NCBI RefSeq assembly: GCF_009914755.1
Contig: NC_060947.1
From: the human T2T-CHM13v2.0 reference genome, Homo sapiens
Reading direction: 5' to 3' (one strand)
Length of the DNA stretch: 64,000 bases
Shown: one piece after another, positions 19,731 through 37,299 of the stretch
Layout: the number at the start of each line of letters is the position of its first letter
How positions within the stretch are numbered: the first letter of the stretch is position 1
Program-made: the position numbers and the translations under genes
Notes under the pieces: model-generated
What the model saw: the letters and a program-made list of their open reading frames with translations, nothing else
The model's database searches: none
Told to the model about the DNA's origin: nothing

Positions 19731-20325
19731 AGGAGGGAGGGAGGAAGGAAGGAAGGGAGGGAGGAAGGAAGGAAGGAAGGAAGGAAGGAAAAGAATTTGG
19801 ATCCATACCACTCAACATACAGAAAAATTAACTCAAAGCAGACCATAGACTAAAATGTAAAGACTAATATTATAAAACCTATAAAAGAAAATATGAGACA
19901 AAATATTTGTGAACTAAGGCTAGGGGAAGAGTTCTTCGATACAGCACCAAAACTATGACCCATAAAAAGAAAAGTTGAAAAGTTGCACTTTCATCAAAAT
20001 TTAAAATGTTTGCTAAAGTCAAAAGACACTGAGAAGGGGATTAAAAGAAGCCACAGACTACGAGAAAGTATTTACAAAGCATGTATCTGATGAAAGTCTT
20101 GTATCCAAAAAATATAAAGAACTCTCACAACTCAACTACAAGAAAACAAACAATTCAGTTTAAAAATGGGCAAAAGATTTGAACAGACACCTCAACAAAG
20201 AAGACATATGGACAGCAACTATATGAAAAGATGTTCAACATCATCAGTCAATACAAACATCATCAGGAAAATACAAATTAAAATCACAATGAGATACCAC
20301 TGCACACTTATTAGAATGGCTAATT
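19040..20325 (+). mobile_element. Degenerate L1 ORF2 3' region interrupted by an AluJ-like element (19333-19620) and a purine microsatellite
   Basis: L1 hallmarks: tactacctgatttcaag...tataaagctacagtaatcaaaacag; aaaatgggcaaaagatttgaacagacac; acaatgagataccac. Confidence 0.85.
19612..19792 (+). repeat. Compound (GA)n-(GAAA)n-(GGAA)n polypurine tract
   Basis: Seen directly; grown from an Alu tail. Confidence 0.95.
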
Positions 20326-21072
20326 AGAAGTGGTCATCTAATGAGACAGGTGTTTTCTGTGCATAGATTCTCATAGAATTAGCAGAGCTGAACTAGCCTC
20401 TGTTATCCTCAGGGGGCATTATAGGAAAAAGATTAGCTCCTCATTCTATGTCTAAATACCTCCTTGTTATCGGGTCATCAGGAATTTCGGGAGGTTAAGA
20501 ATAATTGCCACCCTCCCATCCCCCAAAGCCTAGCAGTTCTAACTGAGGGGTGGGGACCAAGGGACTGAGTGGAGTGCTTTACTCAGGGGTGGTCCAGTTT
20601 ATCCTAGGCTGCCTGTCCCTGCGGGTGGTCACAGGCTCCTCAAGCAAACACAATCCAGTCAATAGCAAATGGAACCTCCAAGTTACTCTCTGGGAGGCCT
20701 CTGGAAGGGCACTGGCCCCCAGTCCCCTGGGAGCTCTTCTGGGCAAAGGCAGTGCCCCAGCCTCAACTCAAGGCCTCTGGGCATTGGCCCAGAATGGACC
20801 CATCATCTATTCTAGTGAAGGGTGAGAGTGAGTGGTAGTCAGCCAGTTGGCTCCCAGAATTTTACACTCAGTAGGATAATAACAACAATCTGATGATTGC
20901 TAAATAGTTCCCAGGAGTACAACGTTAGGCCTCTCAAAGAAACTAACTTACTCTTATTTCTGCAGTGAATGATGCTCAAGATGAAAATGGTGAAGGACTA
21001 AAGAAGGCAATGTTAGTACAAATATTAACGATTTGAGTTTTGCTCTTCACTACAGCACTGCCTGCCATTCAG

Positions 21073-21078
<6 letters not shown>

Positions 21079-21122
<44 letters not shown>
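21079..21122 (+). repeat. (CA)n microsatellite
   Basis: About 22 units. Confidence 0.97.
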
Positions 21123-21124
<2 letters not shown>

Positions 21125-21299
21125 TCTATTACATCCTTTCCCTATCCTGTGCAATGGCCGAGTTAACAAAAAGCAGAAAAACCTGGAAAATCTCCCGCTT
21201 AGTTTCAGAAATGGGTGTGGCATGCCCTGCCCGCATTGCCGAAGAAGTAGTTGGTCCCTAGAGCCTGGCAAAGTCAAGGGTGTGTGAAGGGGAAATGGT

Positions 21300-21500
21300 G
21301 ACAACAATAATAATAACTGTCACAGGAATAATAATAACAGCAGTGAACACTTACTGGGTGGGTACTATATGCCAGGCACTCTGCTGAGTGCTTTATATGC
21401 ATCGTCTCATTTAAGCTTCACTCCAACCCTGTGAGATGGGCGCTGACTCCCAGAGTGGTTAAGTAACTAGCTCAACAGCAAATAGTCACACAGCCAGTAA
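21300..21500. mobile_element. MIR
   Basis: tactatatgccaggcactctgctgagtgctttatatgcatcgtctcattta. Confidence 0.75.
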
Positions 21501-21543
21501 GTTTGGCATATAAATGTAGAGAGCCTGTGCTCTTCCTCCTCTA

Positions 21544-22001
<458 letters not shown>

Positions 22002-22655
22002 TCAAGGGAAAGCTTGCTCAGCCTCTACAAGCTGCTCAGCTTGCTTCTTGTTAGCCTCTCTGAGAAATGTTCTGGCACTTTCCCTTGCAGACCTTCCTGC
22101 ATGAAACACCCTTCCCTGCTCCCTGACCCTCCTCCTCACCCTGGAAGCAGGCTGGGGTCTCTTTGCCGAGAAACTCACCTTAGGGCATGATTTCCCAACC
22201 AAGAAGTCAGGGCCCTCTGGTATGTCCCTTTGGTGTTGAAATGTGCTGGGGAGGAGGCAGGGCAGTGAGAGAGGGAAAATGATGAGTGTGTGTATGTGGC
22301 AGGGGGATGTCCGGGAGTTTTTTATCCAATTAAACCCAACCAGGGCCAAGCTTCCTCCATGTCCAGCCTTGGGAGACACAGAATCAGTGGAAGCAATATA
22401 TGGCTAGTCCTTAGCGGTCTGGGCAGAAACACATGAAACTCTACATTCTTCATTTCCCAGATGGTGGAGTGGGGAACAATTATGAAAATCTCTTTCCTCC
22501 ACCTGAAGCTCTGGGCTTCCAGAGAAATCCCAGAACCCTGGGGAAAAGGTGGGATCCAGCCAGCCTGAGACTGCCATGAGCACAAGTGGCATGTCAGTTT
22601 TCCTGTCATTTAAGTGCCCTACGTCTCCCCTGCCATCTCTCCCACTCCCCAGGGG

Positions 22656-22657
<2 letters not shown>

Positions 22658-22704
<47 letters not shown>
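22658..22704 (+). repeat. (TG)n microsatellite
   Basis: About 23 units. Confidence 0.97.
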
Positions 22705-22705
<1 letters not shown>

Positions 22706-23714
22706 TGGTAAGGGAGGGGTTTCAAACGAAATCCCCTCAGCTTGGGTGGCAGGCTGGCCAGCCAGTTTATATCTCCCGGAGTGGAGACAGGGGTTTGCAC
22801 TGAGCCACCCACACTAGCTGACCTGGTCTTTTATGTGACACACATTTGCCAAACAATCATCCAGGCTTCGAAGGTCAGTTCGTGGCCAGGGAATAGAGAG
22901 AAAGGCGTCTTTTCTTCCTTTTCTGCTGAGCCAAATCTCCCCCTTGCTTCCCCCTCTCCCCCCTTCAAGGTCTAGCCTAGGCCCGCATCCCTCACAAAGC
23001 CTTCCCTCCCTCCTCCAGCTGCTGCTGACCTCCAGTCCCAGCCGTGCTGGCCTCTGCTCCAACAAGCACAATTAGCACCTGACCAGCCACTGGCCCGGCT
23101 GCTTGTCCTCGCCTCTGATTGTTTCAGTGTCTTAGTCATCTCTTCCCCAGCGCCTCCTTCTCTCATCTCCCCCACGGCGCCTAGCATCGGTTGGGCACAC
23201 AGTAGGTATTAATAAATGTCTGTTGAATTGAAACTCAGCAGCCCCTATGAGGTCAGAACCCTCATAAGCACCCCGACCAGCAGTTTCTTGGCAACCAGCA
23301 CTGGGGCCCGAGCTACAGGGCATTAGCAGTGTGGCTGCTATTACAGGACACACGAGGCTCAGCGGCCAGAGATTTGCAGGCAGGTTGGTGTTGATGAGAA
23401 AAGCCCCTGACCCCTAGGAAAGCGCCTATGGGATTCTGGGTGCCTTGCAGGAGTTTCCTTTCTCCCCTGCAGAAGTAGTTTTCAGTCTGAGAACCACAAA
23501 AAGAATAAATTGGAAGAGAAGCCAGAAACCTCTTTGCAGCTTAGAAATCCAGGAGAGATGCCAAGCCCGGGTTGGGGTCAGGCCCTACCCTGAGGACAGA
23601 AGGCTGCCCAGGGCCTTTCCCAGCTCGGTGGGAGATCCTGGGGAGACAGGGGGCATGGCAGACATGACCCCTTCCACTGCAGGGGGCTATAGGGATGTTT
23701 GGGGGGTGTCCCTA

Positions 23715-24110
<396 letters not shown>

Positions 24111-24519
24111 CCAGTGTTCCTTTCCCTCTCATTCACCCAAATCCTAGGGCAAGACTCTGTGTGTGGGGAGGGTGGGAGGTGCATCTAGACCAGAATCTGG
24201 CCAGGGTCTTCAGGCAAAGAGAAGCCCCCAAGTCTAGGGTGCTTGATCCCCCACACTGGCTCAGGAATTTGATCCTGGCTTCCAATTACAATTATTTATA
24301 TAGATGACATATCCCCTCTCCCTGACCCCTTCCTGTACACCTGCTCTGACTCCAGCCCACACGAAAAGGTACACACAATCCCGGAAGGCAGGTGGTGTCT
24401 TCCTCACATCCATGTTTTCCTCACTGCCACTTCATTGGGGTCTGGTACTAGGACCGGCTCTGAGCAAGTGTTTGCTGAATTGAATCTGAGTTTTAGGCGC
24501 TGCATTAGGCAATATCGTA

Positions 24520-25173
<654 letters not shown>

Positions 25174-27127
25174 TTACATTGCGGGGGTAGGGGATGTGGA
25201 AAGGAAGAAGGCCAAGCTTAAGAGCAGAAGAGCAGAGGTTTCCCCAGGAAAGCAAACTCCTCAGCCTGTGTCTAGCTGGGTCTGTGCGGCACAGGGCCTG
25301 ATTTTTGCAAGATGAGGGGCATTTTGGACATGCTATCACTCAGGCCCCTAGAGACAGACCACAGCACCCTCTATTTTAGATCCCAATATATGCCAGAGAA
25401 GACAGAAGCCACTGTGTCACCACTTAGCACTAGGTGAGGGAGAGTGAATTTTGGGCCCCTAGGTTGTCCAGGGGTGGGCGCCAGTTCCTGAGCAACCACC
25501 GAGCAAACAGTGCAGCACAGGGAGGAATGCCAGACATAGTTGCAAACAAGCCACTCCTTCGGCTCACAGCAAGAGGCTGGGTGAGGGTGGTAGCATGGAG
25601 CCTGCTTCATGGTCCCCCCCACCCCTGCCCCCAACAAGAGATCCCAGGCTCTGAATCCAGCCCCAAAAACAACCAGATGCAAGGTAGCCTCTTCCTCACA
25701 CCAGCTGGCTGGGATAGGAAGTCCTCCCTGATAATCTTCACTGAACTCCAGAGAGCTCCCCCTACGCTGCTCCTGTACTGGATGCACTGAATCTGAATTA
25801 ATGGTTGAGAAAGCACTTTATAACCAGGAAAACCCAGTGTAACTAACTGCAAGGAAGGACTGGCATTCTTGCTGGGCATATGTGTTCCCCGGGCATTTTC
25901 AGTGCCAAAGTCTCCCCAAAGGGAAGAGCTAGAACTGTTCCCTTCACCCACCTCCAACCTGGCACTCGGGCCAGGGGTCAGCTGGCAGGGGGTGAGTCCC
26001 CAATGGGCGTGCCCACCAGCTGTTGGGGCTGAGCAGTGGTGGTTCAGGCCCTGGGGTGGTGACCTCACTTCCGCTCCTACCTCCCCACCTCCCCAGCACT
26101 CCTCCCATTTGAGGCCCCACCAGGCCAAAATCGAGAAGTCCAAGGTTAACTGTTCTTTCCCACTTTAAGAGCTAATTAAAATAATTAGCCACAATGAACT
26201 GTCAAACATTAACCAGAAGAGGCTGCAGGACCAGACAGGCCTCTATCACAGGCCGAGGGATGAGGGGCAGGAATCAAATGGCCATCAAATCCCTCAGCTG
26301 GGGTATGGTGCGGGGCGGGGGCGGCCCAGGAGGACCTCGCTGAGCCGAGGTGCCAAGGGGTCAGGAGGTGACTCTGGTCAGGAAGGTGATGTGCAGGCAT
26401 ACGGTGGTGAGAAAAGGGAGTCAGGGTTAGGGTGCGGTGGAGGAGCCAGGAATTCATAAAGCGGTCACCGCCTCAGCAGTCCCTCAAGCCTCCAAAGCAA
26501 GGCGCTGGCGTGAGGGGACCCCGCACGGTGCGGCTGCTGAATCCCCTAGGCGGCGGCCCAGGAGGGAACCCGGAGGCGGGAGAGTCGGGGAGAGCGGGAA
26601 CGCGGGAGCGGGAAGGCTGGCGGCTGGCTCACACGGAAACTCCGGCCCCTGCCAAGAGGTCTCTATTTTGGCGATCCAGTTCTCCACATCATAGGTCTGC
26701 GTGCGCGTGTGTGCGTGTGACCCTAAAGCCCTGGCCCCAGAAGCCCCGGGGGCAGTCGGATCCATCTAGCAGCTCCGCCGCGGTCCGCCCCACCTCCTCT
26801 GCCCTCGGGCGCCCAGCTTCTGGGGGCCCGCTGTCATGATCGGCCCCGTCACGGAACCCAGGCTGCCGGGGGCGAGGGAAAACAGGGGCCCCTACCCCGA
26901 CTCCCCGACTCGGGGAATCCATTCCACTTCCATCCCGGGATCGGGAGCCCGGGTTCTCCAGCACACGCGCGGCGGGGCGACGCCAGGGCGGCTCGCGACA
27001 CGCCGCGACTCTCCCGCCCTTCCCTGGGCCCCCAGCCCCACGCCGGGGCCCCGGCGCTCTCGATTCCGCCCTCAAGCAAACTTTTCCAGGTCCCCGAAGG
27101 CTCGAAGAACCGGCGCCATCGACGTAC

Positions 27128-27305
27128 CTGAGGCCGAGTGGCTCACGGGCCCAGCTCGGTCGCCGGGCCGGGGTCTGTCTCCGTGGTCCCCGCTCCGGGG
27201 GCCGAGACGCGGGTCCCCAGCCCCGCCAGCCCGTCCTCTCCCCTCGGAAGCCGGGCCGGGCGAGCGGCGCCAGGAACTCGGCGCCGGCGAAAGGAGAAGT
27301 GGAAG
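27128..27305 (-). other. ELF4: Putative non-coding first exon A of ELF4
   Basis: Donor CTCAG|GTACGT (27127-27122). Pyrimidine-rich initiator-like CTCAACTTCCACTTCTCCTT near 27310-27291. The 5' end is approximate. Confidence 0.6.
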
Positions 27306-27422
27306 TTGAGCGCGGCGCCCGGTCGGTCCCCGCGGCCGCCGGGGCCGCCGTCCCCCGCCCTCCTCCCCGCCCGCCCTTCCTCCCCGCCCGCCTGCCCCCG
27401 CCACCCCGCGCCCGTGACTCAC

Positions 27423-27520
27423 CTCGGCGCCGGGGCAGGCTGGTCCGGGCGGGCGAGGCGCAGGGCTCTCCCACACTTCGCGCCGCCAATGGCAAGTTGG
27501 AGGGAGAGATGCAAATACCA
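27423..27520 (-). other. ELF4: Putative alternative non-coding first exon B of ELF4
   Basis: Strong donor CCGAG|GTGAGT (27422-27417) inside the CpG island. The 5' end is approximate. Confidence 0.6.
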
Positions 27521-29259
27521 GGTGAGACGGCGGCGCCCCTGATAAAACGGGGCGGGGGGCGGGGTGGAGCGCGCGGGGAGCGGGGCGGACGCCGGGGAGG
27601 GCCGGGCCAAGACACGGGGCGGCAGGGGCGCCCGGGGAGGGGGCGCGAACCGGCGCAGACCTGCACCGAAACGAGCGAGCGAAAGGGGAAATTGCACTAG
27701 AGACACACACGTCCCCGCAGGCGGCGGCTGGGGCGGGCGCGAAGGAGGCAGGGCGGGAGGGAGGGAAGAGCCGGAGGGAGGGACCGACGGGAGGGACTGC
27801 GGGCGGGCGGGGTGGGGGAGGGAACGAGGGAGGGACGAGGCATCTCGGTGGAAACAGCGCCCCTCCGCCCCGGCCCGCCCGCCGCGGTCGCCAGCACGGC
27901 ATGGGGAGCCGTGCCAGGGGCCCGCGCGGCCTCTCCTTCCCCTCGCGGCTCGCTCGCGCCCGGGGGACCACGAGGCAGGGCGCCCGCAGAGCCCGCGTCG
28001 TGCGCCGCGGCCCGGGCGGGCGCTCCCCACTCTGCTTCTAGCCAGCGAGACTCCGAGCTCTCTGCTCGTTCCGCGCCCTTCCCGGTGCGAAGCCCCCATA
28101 CAACGCCCCGCAGAGAAATCCCTTCCCCGCGGACTCGGGAAGGTTTCGTCCAGCCCCCTCGGCCCGTGCAAGTGGAGACTTGCTTGACGCCTTTGGGCCA
28201 AGCCCTGCGCTCCACATTATTGAGCTCCTGGGGTGTGCAGGCCCCAGCGGGAGGGCGGGCCGTGCGGCGGGTGAGGCCGCGAGATGCCCAGAGGATACAA
28301 TTTTGGAACCATATGCCCGACTCCGCAGAATCCTGGGCGTAACACCTGGGGTGACTGGAGAGTTTCGGCGACTTCTTAGGGAAGTCGAGTCTAGGACTCC
28401 TGCGGGAAGTTGGGGTGGGGGACGCTGGCAAGATATGAGTCAGGGGAAGGGCTAGGGGGAGAGGGGCTGGCCCAGCAAGTGCAAAGAGAGCCAGAGTTCG
28501 GGTGCTGGAAGAAAGCCCATGCCTACCTTTCTTCCCCTGTCCAAAGCCAGGCTGCTCTGCTCCACGCGCCCACTTGAAAGCCACTCAGGCACGCTCCCCT
28601 TCTATCTCCCCTTTGCCCTCTCTGACCTGCCTCAACATCAATACCGCCGCCTACGTGGGTCTGCTGATAGGAGGCTCTGGAGAGAGTGCGCTGGGAATTG
28701 TTACTCTGTATAGTTCCACGTGGCCTTTTTGGGGGTGGGGGCAGCAAGGCCTAAGCCTTGGCAGAAAGCATCAAGACTGAAGGAGCCCCAGGGGATGGGG
28801 CCTTCTAAAGGGCTTGAGGTTGAAGGACCTACTCAGCCTCCAGCATCGGCCTGCTTCTCCTGCCTTGGGAAAGGATCATCTCAGGCGCAGGACTGGGGGA
28901 CAGGAGTGGTGGTGGATGATGGCCACAAAGGCAGCTGCAGATTACAAGTTCCCAAGGAAAGATCCTGTGGCTGGACTGGGGCGCCGGCCCCTGAGACCTC
29001 CTGGATACTCAGAATCAAGTCCCCAAAACAAGCACTTTGTCTTTTCCAAGCGGGCATGCTTTTCCCAGGGGATTCCAGATCCTGGAGACACACAGTTCTC
29101 TGCTGGCCTCTCATCCACGAGGGTCCCCTCTCAAATTTGGGGTAGGTTCCGGATGTCCCTAAGCCCTCTTTACCTTGACTTTGAAATTCACGAATGGACA
29201 GACACGTCTGCACACGCGTGCACACACACACACTTTCCCATTTTGCTAAGAGCTCAGTG

Positions 29260-30790
<1,531 letters not shown>

Positions 30791-31611
30791 CTTAGGTGTC
30801 ATGTTCATCTTCATTTCCCTTTCTCAACCCAGCTCTCAGGAGAAAGTATGACAGGGCCAGGGCTGAAGTTGCTCAGGACTAATGGTGGATCCCTCCCGTA
30901 AGTGAATGTAGTTTGAACCAAGGCTGAAGCCTCAAGGCAGCATGCAAGGAGAGGTTTTCCTTTTGGGAAGGGCAGGAAGAGAGGTCAGCACTGCCAACCA
31001 GCTCATGGTGACTGGCCCTAATGCCTGCCAGCGCCCTGCAGCCCACGGCTTGTGGGAATCCCATAAGTTCCCACCTTCCCCAGCCTCTCAGAACTAACCA
31101 CAGCCCCATGATCTGCGCGTTGCAGCCAAAGCTAGCCCCACCCCCCTTGATGAAAAAGGCTGACCTCACCTTGGGGAGCCATGGGCCACCTGAATGACCT
31201 TCCTTGCTGCCCTTCTCCTTCCCCACACGGCTCGCCGCTCTTCCACCTACCTGCTGGGTGAGCCCAAGCCAGGTGGGGCCAGCCAGGCTGAGATCACCAC
31301 TCTCCTGACGACAGCCACACTGTTTCTACCAATGGCTCATTCCCTGACTTGGCAGGAATTCCCCTTCTCGAGTTGCCCATGGGTGCCCAGCCTGCACCAT
31401 GAGCGGAGCACTCCGAGCCTTTCTCCTTCCAGCCCTGCTTCCCCCAGTCTCCAACCCTGACTGGGTGGTCTCGGGTCTCAAAACTTGAGTCCTGCAAGGA
31501 GCGGGAGGGGCCTCTGTGTTGCCCACAGCCCATGTAGTTCCACCTCCCTACTTGCACACTCAACTTGCCCTTCCACTTTAACAGCTTTCAGAGCCCCTCT
31601 TTGTCTCCTTT

Positions 31612-31908
31612 TTCTTTTTTTCCAGAGGCAAGGTCTTGCTGTATTGCCCAGGCTGGAGTGCAGTGGTACAATCATAGCTTGCTGCAGCCTCCAACTCCTG
31701 GGCTCAAGCGATCCTCCCTCTCTTTGGCCTCCGGGGTAGCTGGGACTACAGATGCACACCACCATGCCTGGCTAATTTTTGTGTTTTTTGTAGAGACAGG
31801 GTTTTGCCGTGTTTTCCAGGCTGGTCTTGAACTCCTGGGCTCAAGCGATTCTCTCACCTCGGCCTCCCAAAGTGTCGGGATTACAAACATGAGCCGCCAT
31901 GCCTGGCC
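31612..31908 (-). mobile_element. AluJ-like element
   Basis: Diverged Alu consensus. Confidence 0.9.
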
Positions 31909-32027
31909 TTTATCTCTTTTTTTCAAGCAATGCCTGATAGCCCATGTTTTCCTGCAAATCATCAGGTTCTTTGGAGATGAGGTGGCTGATTTCTCCCTCC
32001 CTCTGCTCACTTAACTCCTTGTCCTCA

Positions 32028-32651
<624 letters not shown>

Positions 32652-32904
32652 CTATAATCCTTCCTATAAAGCCAGTACTCATTCTTCTGTTGCATTCAAT
32701 AACCCCAGGTTTGCATCTGTTGGGTTTACATGACAAGGCCATGGGTATCCAAGTGGCACACAGAGATCTCCAAGTCAAGGTTGTGTCTGGTCAGCATAAG
32801 CAGTGTTTGTTCTAAAAAGCTTGTTGAATAGCTGCAAAACAGAATTCCTTTCTTCAAGCAGTGCCTGATAGCCCATCATGTTTTCCTGCAAATCACCCCA
32901 GGTC

Positions 32905-33396
<492 letters not shown>

Positions 33397-33660
33397 ACCC
33401 CAGGTTCTGGAGACAAGGTGGCTGGTTTCTTCCTCCCTCTCCTCACTTAACTCCTTGGCATGTGGATCTGTGTGCAACATGGGCTGGTTATACCAAAGCT
33501 TTTCTTCACAGATGACGGTCTGTGGCCTTGGCCTGTACTGGGGATGGAGGTGGACTCAGGTTAAAGCACAGGCATGCAGATGAGAGGATGGAGTTGGTAG
33601 CCACTTCCCAGATCACAACTTTCATCTGCACCACCCTCATAGGCTGGGAGACATGCCTGA

Positions 33661-34190
<530 letters not shown>

Positions 34191-35489
34191 GTGAGTAGGT
34201 GCTCACCCTGAGCGTGGTGGCTGCTGGGAGGCACTACCCCCCAACCCCCGACAGCTGGGGAGTGGGCCTGTTGTTTGGGAAACAGATTCCGTGTTCTTCA
34301 GGAGGGCCCTCTGGGATGGTGGGAAATTTGGAGGGTGTGGGAGATGGAAAGACACAAACCTGTGGTTCATTTGAAAAGAAAAAAAAAAATGAGGACGAAC
34401 TGGCTTTAGGCAGAGTCAGCAAATGAGATGAGGGCAAGCCCCCTGGAGTCTCTAACTCCACTGATCCCCAACTCCTACCTTGGAGCCAAAGCTCAGCCTG
34501 CAAAAGTCCCTGGGACCAGGGCAAAGAGGCAGGCACCTGCCCTGGGCTCCTATCAGAGGCATTGCAGCATTCAGGGGTTTGGGGCTTCTGTCCAGTGGTG
34601 CCAGAGTTAACCCCTCAGCCATGAATAACTGCTGGCCCAACACCTGTCCTGTGTCATCTCTTTGACCTCTGATGTGTCCTCAGAGTGAAGCTGGGGAGGC
34701 CCTGGCCTTAGCTGATCTCCCCACAGCCCGGTGCAGGCGGACCAAGATTGTCAACACAGGGAGGTTTTGCCGGAGTGAGCACAAAGTGAATTTCTGCAGG
34801 CCCTTGAGTGTGCTGGGGGATGGGGACACAAGTAGCCATCAAGCTGACATCTCTTCCTCAGATGGAGAAGAGACCCAGGGGAAGGGAGGGGCCTCCAGTC
34901 ACACTGCACGGGGCTCTACGTATTATATAAAGTGAATGCCACTGCCCGGAAGTGTGCAAGCAGGTGGCAGTAAAGCCAGATTCAGGAGAGTTGGGGAGGG
35001 CACTTGGAGAGGAGAGATCAGGAGGGGCTCAGACTGGGACACCACAGGGGACCATGGGGCCTGGCCCCAGATATCCAGGACTAGGGATGAGGTAGGATGG
35101 GGGATTGTCTATGAGGGGAACTCATCAGCCCCCAATTTCATCCACTCTGCATCCTCCCAAGGGGCAGGCCTGGGCTGAGGTTTGTACCAGGAGGTAGACA
35201 ATTCTGCTCTTTGGGATTGCCACAATCCACTGAGAAGTGAGGACAGGCCTGAAACATTTGCTAGACAGAGGCATAGCAGAGGCCCAGTGGAAATGCAGCC
35301 ACTCTTCAGTTTCCCCACCCTGCCCCCACATCGGGGTTGAGGGTTGTTGTTGTTGAATGCAGAAAAATATAACAATGTGTATAAAGGTGCAGTATGAGTC
35401 ACTTCACGGAATGTCTAGGCCCCTTTGCTGGCAGCAAACAAGCTTTCCAGCCCTCTTTTGAGGAAGCCATCCAACTCGGCGGCTGCTGC

Positions 35490-35780
35490 TGGTTTGTGTG
35501 TGTGAGGGTGTATGAGTGTGCATGTGGGTCTGTGTGCAACATGGCTCTCTGGGCCTTGCCTGCCTATGTGCGTGTCTGTGTGGGTCTCACAGATGTGAGT
35601 GAGGGCATAACTGTGTTCGGGGTGTGCATGTGTGTGCATATGCCTGTGTGTGTGTGGGCTCAAGTCTTGGATGTCGGGTCCCCTCGTGCATGCATGTGTG
35701 TTCGTGGAGGGCATGTGCACATGTCTGTCTGCAAAGCAGTATGGTATGTGAGCCTGTGCGTCTCAGGATGTCTACGTGTA
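35490..35780 (+). repeat. Degenerate TG-rich low-complexity tract
   Basis: Interrupted tgtg/catgtg repeats. Confidence 0.75.
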
Positions 35781-37299
35781 CATTTTTTCCTCGTCGCTGC
35801 CAAATTATCTTCCCATCTCTCCCCTCACGAAGAGAAGGGCTGACCGAGGGGAGCTAGCAGTCCAAGACGGAGGTGGCCAGGGACGGGAGAGGGGCTGGAG
35901 GGAAACCAAAGCAATTCCACTCTTCGGAGGAATGTGTCAGCCAAGGATGAAACTGAAACCGAGACAGCAGCTCAAAGGCACCAGACCCTGGGATCGTCCA
36001 GGGGCTTCGGTTCCTCCCACTCCCCCACCCCCTCCAGCCAGCTGTGGAGATTAGTCAGCCCAAAATTCCCATCTCTGCAGCCTTAACTTGGGGTTGAGTT
36101 TGTGATGCTGAGTTAGAACTTGGACCCGTGGTTAGCACGTGACCCCATTAGCTCCCATTATCACATTAACACAAATTAGTTTATCAGATCCTCTCCTGGT
36201 CACCTAGGGGGGCTTGGGGAAGAGCTCACCGCTCAGGTCCTGCTCTGGGAGAAGAAGCCAGCGCCGTGGCATCAGGAGAGGGCAGAGGCTGAGACTGCAG
36301 GTCAGATTGGGGACAGAAAGAGGGGGCAGGGGGACGTCAAGCTTTGCTGATCTGATCTTTCTCCTCGATGGTGCTCTGGGAGGAGACACCTTGGGGAGGG
36401 GTCTGGTAGAAAGGAGGGGGCTTCCAGGAATAGCTGGGCACCGCCCTGTAGGAAAAAGGCCCGGGCTCTGAGGTCTGGGCGGGAGACAGGCGGTATTTCT
36501 CCTGGCACACAGTGAGACCTGGGAACGTTTAGGATCCTTTGGATTCCCCCCGCCCCTTCCCTTTCTTTATGGGAAGTCTTTAGATGACTTTCTCAGATGG
36601 TTTTGCACACCCTGAAAGCAGGAGAACTGGATGGACTGAGAGGGGAGGAGAGGCACCCAGAATGCTAACACGGGGTGCAGCTTTTATTTCTTGGCACAGA
36701 AAAGAGGGACACACTCTGCCCATAGATTTTATATGTCAAGTTGTATCACAGAAGTGGCCACTCTAGCTTCTGGAAAGGGCGAGGTTGGAGCCCTCAACAA
36801 CTTTTCCCCACAGGTTCTGGCCACAAGGTTATTTTTGTGCCTTGATATTCTCAATATGTTAACTAAACAGCCACCTCATAACCACCAAGCACCACGAGGA
36901 TGTCCAAGGCAGCATCATGGCTTCTAGAGCTCAGGGCCTGCAAGGAGTTAGGACACGAAGTTCTATCTATGAAGACAGAGGTTGCAAGTTTGAGCCCCAG
37001 ATAAGCCCTTAGTTTTTTGTTTTGTTTTTTTGTTTTTTGTTTTTTTTTCTTTTTTCCTTATATAGCTGCAGAAGACCGGATTGACAAGCACGGACCACCT
37101 AACTGTCCCTCTAGATCCGGACTTAAGCAGAGCCTCTACCTCTCATGTCGGCCGAGCCGAGTCTCAGGCTGCGCCCCAGCCTTGGCCACAGTCTGCATCC
37201 CCTGTGCTGGAGATGCGTTCTAAGTCTCATGGGAGCCAGGCTAGAGAGTGGCTGTTCAGGGAAACCCACCCCCAACGCCCCAGACACGACTCAAAGTTT

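Larger units (their letters stand above)
26480..28400. promoter_or_regulatory. ELF4: CpG island promoter, inferred to be ELF4
   Basis: Very high GC and CpG density with many GC boxes. CCAAT at 27486-27490, octamer ATGCAAAT at 27509-27516, TGATAA at 27540-27545. Gene identity comes from the known order ELF4-AIFM1 on Xq26; no ELF4 coding exon is in the window. Confidence 0.8.

Noticed and set aside
27655-27720. Further possible minus-strand donors (CAG|GTCTGC, GAC|GTGTGT)
   Set aside because: Weak matches to the donor consensus; not supportable without RNA data.
26689-28584. Long ORFs (260-325 aa) across the CpG island
   Set aside because: They are Arg/Gly/Pro/Ala low-complexity frames open on both strands because GC-rich DNA lacks stop codons. 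No recognisable domain.
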